DNA of 12,664 nt, from positions 1 to 12,664 of the forward strand of contig JBGCDR010000117.1 in NCBI GenBank assembly GCA_045105515.1, given 5' to 3'. Of the stretch, positions 1 to 8,606 are shown one piece after another (position 1 is the first letter of the stretch; each line of letters begins with the position of its first letter). This DNA is from Oligoflexales bacterium. GTDB taxonomy: Bacteria > Bdellovibrionota_B > Oligoflexia > Oligoflexales > Bog-1112. The notes beneath the pieces were generated by a model. It was given only the letters and a program-made list of their open reading frames with translations. It ran no database searches and was not told the DNA's origin. Position numbers and translations under genes: made by a program.

Positions 1-118
1 ATTATGGAAGAGCAATCACAAAAACGGAGGAAAAGTTTCATGACAACCTAAAAATAATCGGGCAATACTTAATTTAAAAACCCTTAAAATTACAACGATA
101 AATCCCGCCAATCAGTTA

Positions 119-1855
119 TTGAAATTCCTATACATAAATGAAAACCAAAAAGTGTATGTGGAATATGCTTACCCTGCTGTAGATTATGTATCGCTTTATT
201 ACTTATTTAAAGGAAACTATCAATCTTTTCATTTGGGTGAATACATAGAGCGAGACGACGACTCTCTGTTTTATCGTTCCCCAATATTTATACTTGAAAT
301 TCCTCCAGGAATTAACACCTATTATTTGAGGATAAAAACAGAAGGATCAAACCAATTTCCAATTAAGATATGACATCCAAATAAAGTAATGAATCATATT
401 GCCAAGGAAATCGCCTTTGTCTGGATGGTATATGGATTTCTAATTGTTTTGATTTTTTACAATGCCTTTTTGTACCTGACTTACAGAGACAAATCATTTC
501 TAATCTATGTATTTTATATATTCTTTTCTCTATTATCTAATTCAGGGTTACAAGGTTGGTGGAAACCTTTTCTTAGTAGTGCAAATGAATATTTTATGAT
601 TGCTACCTGCCTCTACACCTTCTTTGGTAACTATTTTACCGTCACATTTCTTGAACTAAAATCTAGAATTAATAAGCTTTATCTTGCAAATATGATCGTA
701 CAAGCCCTCTTTATTGTGAATATTGCGATCTCGCTATTTAACTATGCAGCCGGGGCTTTGCTCTATCTATTGCTAGCTAATATCTCTGCAATTCTAATGT
801 TGTTTAGCGGTATTATATCTTCAAAAAATGGCTTTAGACCTGCTTATTGGTTTACCTTTGCCAGGTGTGTAATGATGGCATTTTCTATTCCATATTTGTT
901 AAGCTTGCTTGAAATAGTACCTTTGAAAGCGGTTACTATATGGGGTGGCCTGACTGGAATCGCTTTAGAAACAGTACTAATTTCCTTTGCATTGGGAGAT
1001 AAGATGCGCTATATACAGCAGCGAGATGAACAGAAGATTAAAGCTTTAAATGCTACGCTAGAACAAAAAGTAACAGAAAGAACACAGCAGTTAGCAAAAA
1101 GAAACAATGACTTAAGCTCAGCAGTTAAAGAAAACAAGAGCTTAATTCGTATTTTATGTCATGACCTGAATAACACCTTATTTATAATCAAGCATGCTAG
1201 CCATATAATTCTAAACAAAATATCCTCCCTATCCAAAGAAAAGCACATAGATCTCTGCAAAAAAATAGAAAGAGCAGCAGCAACCCAAGAAGACATTATC
1301 GAGCATGTTCGATCTATGGAATTGATTTCATCAGGAAAAACAGACTTACAACTGGTGCCTACTAGTATCAATAAAGTAGTCGAAAATGGTAAATTTATTT
1401 TCAATGAACAGCTAAAGGAGAAGAATCTGACCCTAAATTTTTTTTCAGAGTTTGATTCTGATGTTTTGGTTTTGGCTGATCCCGTTTCTTTAAGCAATAA
1501 CGTATTCAACAATTTACTGTCAAACTCAATTAAGTTCTCATTACCAGGAAAGACTATTGATATAAGAGTTGAAAAACTCAAAGAAAACAGAATTCAAATG
1601 ACAATAAGGGATTATGGTATTGGAATGCCAGATCATATTAAAGAAAATATATTCTTACCAGAAAAGCAAACTTCTCGATCAGGCACTTCTGGAGAACAAG
1701 GGACTGGTTTTGGAATGTCTTTGGTTAAAACTTATGTGGGCTACTACCAAGGAAGTATCAACTTAGAAAGTTATGAACAATCTTCCCACCCCCATGATCA
1801 TGGAACAAAATATATTTTAGTCTTCAAAATGGCAGCATGCGAGCAAGCGGCATAA
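119..1855 (+). pseudogene. 7TM-DISM (7TMR-DISMED2 + 7TMR-DISM_7TM) sensor histidine kinase interrupted by an in-frame TGA at 371-373; true 5' end uncertain
   Basis: ORFs 119..373 and 389..1855 share a frame and are joined by TGA CAT CCA AAT AAA GTA ATG, reading ...TEGSNQFPIKI*HPNKVMNHIAKE. The first part has DISMED2-like motifs (YPAVDYVSLY, YRSPIF, TYYLRIKTEGSNQFPI). The second has about 7 hydrophobic segments (YGFLIVLIFYNAFLYLTYRDKSFLIYV...SFALGDK), a coiled coil (LNATLEQKVTERTQQL), H-box CHDLNN, N-box NNLLSNSIKFS, G1 IRDYGIGM and G2 GTSGEQGTGFGM. Confidence 0.75.
389..1855 (+). CDS. Intact downstream ORF of the kinase locus (7TM + HisKA + HATPase_c); could only be made on its own by restart at ATG 389
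   Basis: 488-aa ORF with a full set of histidine kinase motifs and a TAA stop. There is no obvious Shine-Dalgarno before 389 (CCAAATAAAGTA), so it is probably not the ancestral start. Confidence 0.6.
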   Translation: MNHIAKEIAFVWMVYGFLIVLIFYNAFLYLTYRDKSFLIYVFYIFFSLLSNSGLQGWWKPFLSSANEYFMIATCLYTFFGNYFTVTFLELKSRINKLYLANMIVQALFIVNIAISLFNYAAGALLYLLLANISAILMLFSGIISSKNGFRPAYWFTFARCVMMAFSIPYLLSLLEIVPLKAVTIWGGLTGIALETVLISFALGDKMRYIQQRDEQKIKALNATLEQKVTERTQQLAKRNNDLSSAVKENKSLIRILCHDLNNTLFIIKHASHIILNKISSLSKEKHIDLCKKIERAAATQEDIIEHVRSMELISSGKTDLQLVPTSINKVVENGKFIFNEQLKEKNLTLNFFSEFDSDVLVLADPVSLSNNVFNNLLSNSIKFSLPGKTIDIRVEKLKENRIQMTIRDYGIGMPDHIKENIFLPEKQTSRSGTSGEQGTGFGMSLVKTYVGYYQGSINLESYEQSSHPHDHGTKYILVFKMAACEQAA

Positions 1856-1918
1856 AACTCAAGAGAGCTTAAATAGCTTGCATATCTGTCCAAGATAACA
1901 TTTTCCCAGAAACTCACT

Positions 1919-2368
1919 CTAAATATCTTCTAATTTCACCTTGAGTATTCCAATTTCTTCTTTCAGGGATAAGACTAATTTTTCTCTCTCATATTCATTA
2001 TTGGATGAAGCAATGGAATCCATCTTTTCCTCTAATTTGTCTATGTCTTTTGCAAGGATCCTTTTCTCATCAAAGCTTAGTATGTCCCATTTGACAGCCA
2101 ACATACCAATCGTAGCTCCAAGAGCCGTACATATTAATTCATCACCGCGAGAACCAATGCATGCTGTTAAAGCGGTCGCACCGCCAAAGACAGCTGCAGC
2201 CCGGTATTCTTTTATTTTGGGTCTATCAAATTTTCTGGAAATTTTTTTCGAAATTTCTTGTTCATTTACCAATATAGCGGGTTTATTTGGCACTCCCAAA
2301 AAAATAGTATTTGTGGGAGCAAACAAACTAGACATTAGTAAAAAAGGAACTGCCAAATTAATAGTCAT
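1919..2368 (-). CDS. Hypothetical exported/membrane protein with a Gly/Ala-rich hydrophobic hairpin and C-terminal coiled coil
   Basis: 149-aa ORF with SD-like AGGGG 7 nt upstream of the ATG. Hydrophobic N-terminus (LAVPFLLMSSLFA), central AAAVFGGATALTACIG...ICTALGATIGMLAV, and a charged heptad-like C-terminus. Co-oriented with and 76 bp downstream of the ATPase. Confidence 0.7.
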   Translation of the reverse strand: MTINLAVPFLLMSSLFAPTNTIFLGVPNKPAILVNEQEISKKISRKFDRPKIKEYRAAAVFGGATALTACIGSRGDELICTALGATIGMLAVKWDILSFDEKRILAKDIDKLEEKMDSIASSNNEYEREKLVLSLKEEIGILKVKLEDI

Positions 2369-2444
2369 ATTTTTTCCCCTAAGAATTGACTTTGACAGCT
2401 AGATTTCATACTAGACCAAGGTTTAAAATACTAGATAAGTTTTA

Positions 2445-5150
2445 TTAATTCGCTACAGCTTTTACTGAATTTGGCTCTTTACGAAACATTTTGTAGATCT
2501 CCGGGATAATAAGAATAGGCAAAGAGAGAGAAAAAATAAGGAGCCAATGCTCTAAACTTAGAGCAACGGTGTGAAGGCCTTTTTGAAAAAATGTAAAGGA
2601 GACTGCAGCAAATTGTAGAAGGATCGTCCCGGTTAATGCAGCTAGCAACCAGGGGTTAGAGAAAAAGTCAAGACGATGAATAGGAGTTCTCAAAGATCTA
2701 AAGTTCAATACATTGAGGTTTTCACAACTTACCAAAAAGCAAAAAGCCATAGTTTGAGCAACTTCGTAGTCTTCTTTTTTTAATTGGTAATGAAATAGTA
2801 GTAAGCATGCGATCCCTATATAAGCCCCTATCAGAGAAATGCTGACAAGATTAGGCTTATTAACAATAGGCTCCCTTTGCTTGCGAGGAGCTTGGTTCAT
2901 AACATCTTTTTCATCTGGTTCCAAACCTAAGGCAATTGAAGTAAGACCATCTGTTACTAAATTAACCCAGAGAATTTGTACAGGGATTAATATTAAAGGA
3001 CCTCCTAACAAAATATTCAGGAAAATTGCTATCAACTCACCTAAGTTAGAGGTTAAAAGATAGCAGACAAACTTCTTAATATTTTCATACTGCCTCCTAC
3101 CCTCACGAATAGCATTAATAATCGAGGCAAAATTGTCATCTGTCAAAACCATATCGCTTGCACCCTTAGCAACATCGGTGCCTCTTAATCCCATTGCGAT
3201 TCCTATATCAGCTTTTCTAAGCGCGGGTGCATCATTGACCCCATCTCCAGTCATAGCCGTGACCTCTCCTTGCTTCTGGAGCAAAGACACTATCCTTAAC
3301 TTGTGCTCTGGGGTTGTACGCGAAAAGATGACCTCCGAACGTAGAAGTTCGCTAAGTTCATCATCATTGTATTGATCAATATCTTTACCAAGTAAATGCT
3401 GAGTTGCATGTAAACCTACGCGTGCACCAATAGCTCCTGCTGTTTTCTTTGAGTCCCCGGTAATCATCATTACCCGGATTCCGGCTTTTTTTGCTGCAGC
3501 GATAGCCTCAGGAACTTCTGGCCTCGGCGGATCCGCGATTCCAACAATTCCAATGATGCGCAAGTCAGCTTCTAGCTGATCTTCACTCTGATTTTCTTTA
3601 CCGGTAACATCTTTATCTGCAAAACAAAGTGTTCTAAGGCCTTAGTTGGCAAAATCCTCACATGACTTTTCAAGTGCAGCAAGTTTTTCTGGAGTTAGCT
3701 CCGATGGGACTCCATCTTGATAAACTTGACTTGCTAAGCTCAAAAGAACTTCAGGAGCACCCTTACATAAAAGGAGTAAAGTATCTTCACGTTTGACAAG
3801 CACGCTCATACGCTTTCGCTCAGAATTAAAGGAAATCTCTCGGAGAAGTTTATAGGTGGATATTACATAATTCGATTTTTTCACAAGGGTTTTTAAGGAT
3901 GCTTCAGTTGCTTCTCCTCGTGATTCCCAGACTCCTTCGTTTTCAATTATTTCGGAATTGTTGCAGATCTCAGAAGTGATTAGAAGTTTGATAAGTGTTT
4001 TGTCTTCATCAACATCAATAACTTGCCCTCCAGACAGAATCGAGCCTTCAGGCTTATAACCTACACCAGTCACATCAAAGGAATTATTCAAATGAAATAC
4101 TTTTTGCACCGTCATCTGATTTTGAGTAAGAGTTCCAGTTTTATCAGTGCAAATGACTGTGGCAGTTCCTAAGGCTTCAGCTGCTTGTAAGCGACGCACC
4201 AAGGCTTTTTTCTTAACCATAGTACGAATGCCTAAAGCTAAGGTAATTGTAACCACAGCAGGTAGACCTTCGGGTACGATAGCAACAGCTAAAGATATCC
4301 CGGTCATGAACATCTCAAGAAGTGGCTTTCCCATAATCCAGCCAGAAATTGAGATAAGTATTGAAATAACGACAGCAAAAATGCCTAACTGTTTTCCAAG
4401 CACAGCAAGTTGCTTCTGTAAGGGAGTTGGGTCTCTTTTAATATTTTGAGTCAAACTTGCTATTTTTCCGAATTCAGTCTGTGGGCCACTAGCAACGACT
4501 AAGCCTTTACCTCTTCCATTGGTTAAATTTGTTCCCATCCATAACATATTGGTCCGCCCAGAGATGGGAACTTCAGAACTAAGTGACTCATCATTTTTTT
4601 CAACTGCAATGGATTCTCCCGTCAATAGGGATTCATCGACTTTAAGGTTAATCGCTTCAAAAATACGCAGATCAGCAGGAATCCGATCTCCGGCTTCCAG
4701 CACGGCTATATCGCCTGGTACTAGTTCGCTCGAGGGTATTATCAGCACACTTCCTCCGCGCAAAACCTTGCAGTTGGGAGCGAGCATATTCTGTAAAGCT
4801 TCAAGTGCTTTTTCAGCTTTCCACTCCTGGGTAAAGCCTAAAATCCCGTTCAGGATGATAATACCGAAAATAGCAATTGCATCTGTAGCTTCTCCTAGGA
4901 AAAAAGATACAATCCCTGCGAAGAACAGAATGATAATGAGGACATCGACAAACTGGCGTAAAAGAACCTTATACCAAGTCGTTTTTTCCTCATTAGCAAC
5001 TAAATTTGGACCGTACTTTTCCTGCAAGGGCTTAATCTGGTATGTGCTTAAGCCTTCGACGATATTTGCCTCAAAAATACTTAGGAGTTCATTTTCAGCA
5101 AGAGCGTGCCATACTTTTCCAACAGGTTCCCCATTATGTTTTACTTCCAT
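2445..5150 (-). pseudogene. Cation-transporting P-type ATPase, P2A (SERCA-like Ca2+-ATPase), 901 codons, interrupted by one in-frame TAA at 3642-3644
   Basis: ORFs 3642..5150 and 2445..3563 share a frame, and the gap reads FAN*GLRTLCFADKDVTGKENQSEDQLEADLRIIGIVGIADPPRPEV with no other stop. Motifs present: TGES, PEGL, phosphorylation site DKTGT (4131-4145), KGAPE, MITGD, TGDGVNDAPAL, SNLGE, WVNLVTDG. SD GAGG upstream of ATG 5150. Confidence 0.92.
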
Positions 5151-5369
5151 AACGATCCTCTATATTTTCCAAGGCAAATATCTTGAGAAGAATATCAACT
5201 TACTTCAGACTTTTATAGCAAATTTTCACTAGTGAATAATTTAAGCAGAAAGTTATTAAAGAGATATCATTCTGTTTTTACAAAATTAACTATGAATATT
5301 ATAGTTAGAAACGAATTAGGCGAATAGTGTTTTAACGAACCTAACAAGCTTCCAAAGTTGGAGTGTATT

Positions 5370-5561
5370 ATGATTAGTGAAATATTTTGGGCTTTTGGAC
5401 TTACTTTATCACTTTTCGCACTCATATACTGCAACCTAAAGTTTTTGGTGCTCTTTCACAAAAAACACCCAGCTAAAAGCATCTGCTATCGTACGGACAA
5501 AAATGGTCATGGATATCATGACCCTAGAAAAAATCTGAGTAAAATTCCCTTCAATTATTAG
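5370..5561 (+). CDS. Small (63 aa) single-pass membrane protein of unknown function
   Basis: GGAG at 5360-5363 lies 6 nt before ATG 5370, so this start is preferred over TTG 5358. The protein has one hydrophobic segment (IFWAFGLTLSLFALIYCNLKFLVLF) followed by a basic His-containing tail (HKKHPAKSICYRTDKNGHGYHDPRK). Confidence 0.55.
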   Translation: MISEIFWAFGLTLSLFALIYCNLKFLVLFHKKHPAKSICYRTDKNGHGYHDPRKNLSKIPFNY

Positions 5562-5888
5562 GCTTTCCATACTTAAGAAGCTAAATTTTTTTCGAAACTT
5601 TCCGGCTTAATTTTTCACCCATTTTCACTAGGTTTCCTTCCTCAACGGCAAGGAACAAACAAGATTTTTCTGAAAGTTTAGGTGTATTTCACTCCAAATT
5701 TGCTAAACGAATTTACAACTACAATAATCTGATTCATCATGGGTATAACGAGACACAAATACTAAAGTATGTTTGATAGTTTAGACAAGAGTATCGTAAA
5801 ATCAGCAATATAGAGACTTTTCTTACTTTTATGTTCAATATTCCGACCATCTACTTAGACTACAAGGATGGACATTAAGCGAGTTTAA

Positions 5889-8606
5889 ATGAAGCAATTT
5901 GGTAATAATCTAAAAAAGTTAACGATCCTAGGATGGCTCCTAGCTATTATTTTTGCTTGTAGCCGACTAGAAAATATTGAGCAAAGTCCAAAGAACATAA
6001 CAAGCACTAAGCAGCCTTCTAAGGGTGGCTCAGCGCTAACTGTTAGCTCGATCATGACCTTGCCTGTAAAGTTAAAGTTTCCGGGTCAAGAAAAGGAGAA
6101 AGGCGAAAGTCTAGCACTGGTTTTGAATCCAACTCAAATTTCCCTTAGTATTATTGATTGCGCCTCTGGTTATAGTGATACAAACCTCCTTTACGGTGGT
6201 AGCGGAATTAAGCTCTACGAATCTGACAGAGACTGCAAGATTGGCATTGCTACCTTTCAGCATGGTGGAGAGCTGTTTAATATCGCTCCCGCTTATACTT
6301 TTGATTACAATGAGGGGTCTATGACCCTATTTGAATCTTCCGGTGGTACTCAGTTTTTTGTAAAAGTAGAATCCCAAGTTGATACTATTTTGACTCCGAC
6401 CAGTGAAGCTGCTTTTCGTATTGTTCAGATTGACTCTCCACAGCAACTCCTGTTTGAATCTGATAAGCCGATCATCAGAGTGATCAATAGCGAGCTAGAA
6501 ATCACCGAGGGCAGTACCTCCTCTTTAACCTTCACCCTTGATAAAGTGACTCCAAGCAGTAGTGATTACACAATCGATATTAGTCTTGGCGGAACAGTTG
6601 ACTCTTCAGACGCATCTCCCATGAACCAACAAATTGTCATTCCAAATGCAAGTACCAGCTATGATGTCATAGTTAATGTATTAGATGATGCAGTTCCCGA
6701 AGCTGTAAAACAGCTAGAATTGAATCTGAGTATGACTAATGGTATCTACTTTTATGGAGATTACCGGGTCCTACTTAATGACGATGATTCCTCAGTTCCT
6801 GCAGGAGGGCAGGTTATTTGGCTGAAACCCGAAACCCTCTCTAATCCAGTTTCCACTTGGTTAGACCAGGGAGGGGGAGCTTCACACCCCGCTTCTCAAG
6901 GCTCTGCCAATTTGCGACCAAATCTAGCTTCGAATGCCATTAATGGAATTAACGCAGCCGACTTTGATGGCATTGATGATGTGTTGGGTTTTAGCGACCA
7001 TGCCGAGATTAACACTAATGGTCCCTACGATGACAAAATTATTGTGGTCGTTTTTAGAAGTTCTGATGATATTAGTAGCAAGCAAATGATTTATGAGCAG
7101 GGTGGTTCAACTCGCGGGCTTAACTTATATCTTTTTGAAGGAAATATTTACTTCAATGGTTGGAATAGAGCCAATGACGACGCCGGTGCAACGACACCCT
7201 GGAACCCAGTTTATGTCTCGGCACCAATAATGACTAATACCAACTATGTGGCAGTCTTAAGGTACTCCTATTCCAATAACCGGATTAGTGCATATCTGCA
7301 AGGACAATTAGTAGGCGAAAGCCTCGGCCTCGGCCGATTATTTTCACATTCTGATGACTGCTCAATTGGGGGCGTAATTGGTTCGACCTATTATCACAAT
7401 GGAACATCTGACAGAACCTATTTCAAAGGATATATCAGTGAATTTATAAAGTATAATAGCAGCTTAACTGATACAGCTTTGCAAGGAGTCATGAATCAGT
7501 TGGTAAGCACCTACATACCTGAGGAACAAGTAATTTCCATCGGATCTGCCCTAACCAACATCAAAGAAGAGGGTAGCGAGCAAACCATCTTGAGCATTTC
7601 CAGGCAAACAATTCATCCAGAGGATTTAAATCTCAATATCGTCCTTAGTGGCAATGCTACGGAAGGAAACGATTTTGAGAGCCTTAGTTCTTATTCGGTA
7701 ACCCTCCCTGCCTTTGAGTTAAGCGCAGAAATTCTGATCAAAGCTATTGACGATGTGGATATGGAATTAACTGAAACTTTAACTGTAACCATTCAAGACC
7801 CTGGCATTCCGGGTGTAAGTATTGCTGCCAATACTGTTGATATTAGTATCATTGATAGCGACTCTTATAATCCAGAAAACTATGTTTTCTGGTATCGCGG
7901 CGATACAGGGGTGCTTAACGGTTCAGGGAATGCAGTAAATGTTTGGCAGGATATTTCCAGTAATAATATTGACGCTTCCCAGTCAAATCCAAGCGAGCAA
8001 CCTGAGGATACTGGCTTAATAAACAACATTCCGGCTTTATACTTTGATGGTGCTGACTTGTTTAACCTAGCAAATAATTCTCTCATCAACTCTGCTTCAT
8101 CCTACAGCCAAAAAACCATCGCATTTGCATTTAAGACTTCAGACGATATAAATAGTGATCAAGTCATTTATGAACAAGGTGGAGGAGTCAGAGGGATCAA
8201 CATTCATATTCGCTCTGGTGTAGTCTATTTTAATATCTGGAACTTTAGAAATAACGATGGTGGCGCAACCACACCATATAACGCAATATACCTATCTTCA
8301 CCAATAAGTACAGATACTGATTACGTTGGAACGTTTGTCTATGATTTTGATGGAGGTGGCAACTTACACCTTCAGTTAAATGAGTTAATCCCCCAGACTA
8401 TTGGTGGTGTTGGAAGATTATTCAGACACACTGGAGGAGTGGCCTTGGGTGCATCAAATGGTACTATCTTTTATGATAATGCAGCTCCAAGTGGAAATGC
8501 TAATTTCAAAGGTACCATCGCCGAAATGATCTACTTTGATAGGGCCGTCAGTTCCCCAGATCTAGCTGATATGCAAAACTACCTGGTACAAAAGTATCTT
8601 CCTTGA
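5889..8606 (+). CDS. Large surface lipoprotein with two tandem (Calx-beta + LamG/concanavalin A-like jelly-roll) modules; putative Ca2+-binding adhesin or lectin
   Basis: 905 aa with lipoprotein signal MKQFGNNLKKLTILGWLLAIIFA-C. Calx-beta-like motifs (ISLGGT...VNVLDDAVPEAVKQLEL...LLNDDD; VLSGNATEGNDF...IKAIDDVDMELTETLTVTI...ISIIDSD). Two LamG-like units with W-x-D-x-S/G, NG/NN-x-x-A-x-x-FDG, IYEQGG-x-x-RG-x-N and FKG-x-I-x-E. Confidence 0.85.
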   Translation: MKQFGNNLKKLTILGWLLAIIFACSRLENIEQSPKNITSTKQPSKGGSALTVSSIMTLPVKLKFPGQEKEKGESLALVLNPTQISLSIIDCASGYSDTNLLYGGSGIKLYESDRDCKIGIATFQHGGELFNIAPAYTFDYNEGSMTLFESSGGTQFFVKVESQVDTILTPTSEAAFRIVQIDSPQQLLFESDKPIIRVINSELEITEGSTSSLTFTLDKVTPSSSDYTIDISLGGTVDSSDASPMNQQIVIPNASTSYDVIVNVLDDAVPEAVKQLELNLSMTNGIYFYGDYRVLLNDDDSSVPAGGQVIWLKPETLSNPVSTWLDQGGGASHPASQGSANLRPNLASNAINGINAADFDGIDDVLGFSDHAEINTNGPYDDKIIVVVFRSSDDISSKQMIYEQGGSTRGLNLYLFEGNIYFNGWNRANDDAGATTPWNPVYVSAPIMTNTNYVAVLRYSYSNNRISAYLQGQLVGESLGLGRLFSHSDDCSIGGVIGSTYYHNGTSDRTYFKGYISEFIKYNSSLTDTALQGVMNQLVSTYIPEEQVISIGSALTNIKEEGSEQTILSISRQTIHPEDLNLNIVLSGNATEGNDFESLSSYSVTLPAFELSAEILIKAIDDVDMELTETLTVTIQDPGIPGVSIAANTVDISIIDSDSYNPENYVFWYRGDTGVLNGSGNAVNVWQDISSNNIDASQSNPSEQPEDTGLINNIPALYFDGADLFNLANNSLINSASSYSQKTIAFAFKTSDDINSDQVIYEQGGGVRGINIHIRSGVVYFNIWNFRNNDGGATTPYNAIYLSSPISTDTDYVGTFVYDFDGGGNLHLQLNELIPQTIGGVGRLFRHTGGVALGASNGTIFYDNAAPSGNANFKGTIAEMIYFDRAVSSPDLADMQNYLVQKYLP
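6465..8603 (+). repeat. Internal protein-level tandem duplication of about 355 aa (Calx-beta + LamG-like): unit 1 ~6465-7520, unit 2 ~7527-8603
   Basis: Aligned segments: FRSSDDISSKQMIYEQGGSTRGLNLYL vs FKTSDDINSDQVIYEQGGGVRGINIHI; YFNGWNRANDDAGATTPWNPVYVSAPI vs YFNIWNFRNNDGGATTPYNAIYLSSPI; GLGRLFSHS vs GVGRLFRHT; YFKGYISEFIKY vs NFKGTIAEMIYF. Boundaries are approximate. Confidence 0.85.

Noticed and set aside
371..420. Selenocysteine insertion at the in-frame TGA
   Set aside because: The position looks Trp-like, not a catalytic Cys, and the downstream sequence is AT-rich with no evident SECIS hairpin.
5172..5215. c-di-GMP-I riboswitch-like start GGCAAA-stem-GAGA
   Set aside because: The following GACGCAAAG and P3 elements are absent, and it faces away from the nearest gene.
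5634..5656. Hairpin TTCCTTCC-TCAAC-GGCAAGGAA as a terminator of the small ORF
   Set aside because: The stem is short and bulged with no adjacent U-tract on either strand.
5868..5888. Mini-ORF MDIKRV* abutting, in frame, the ATG at 5889 (leader peptide or another premature stop)
   Set aside because: It has no properly spaced SD, the signal peptide from 5889 is already complete, and such short ORFs are common by chance.
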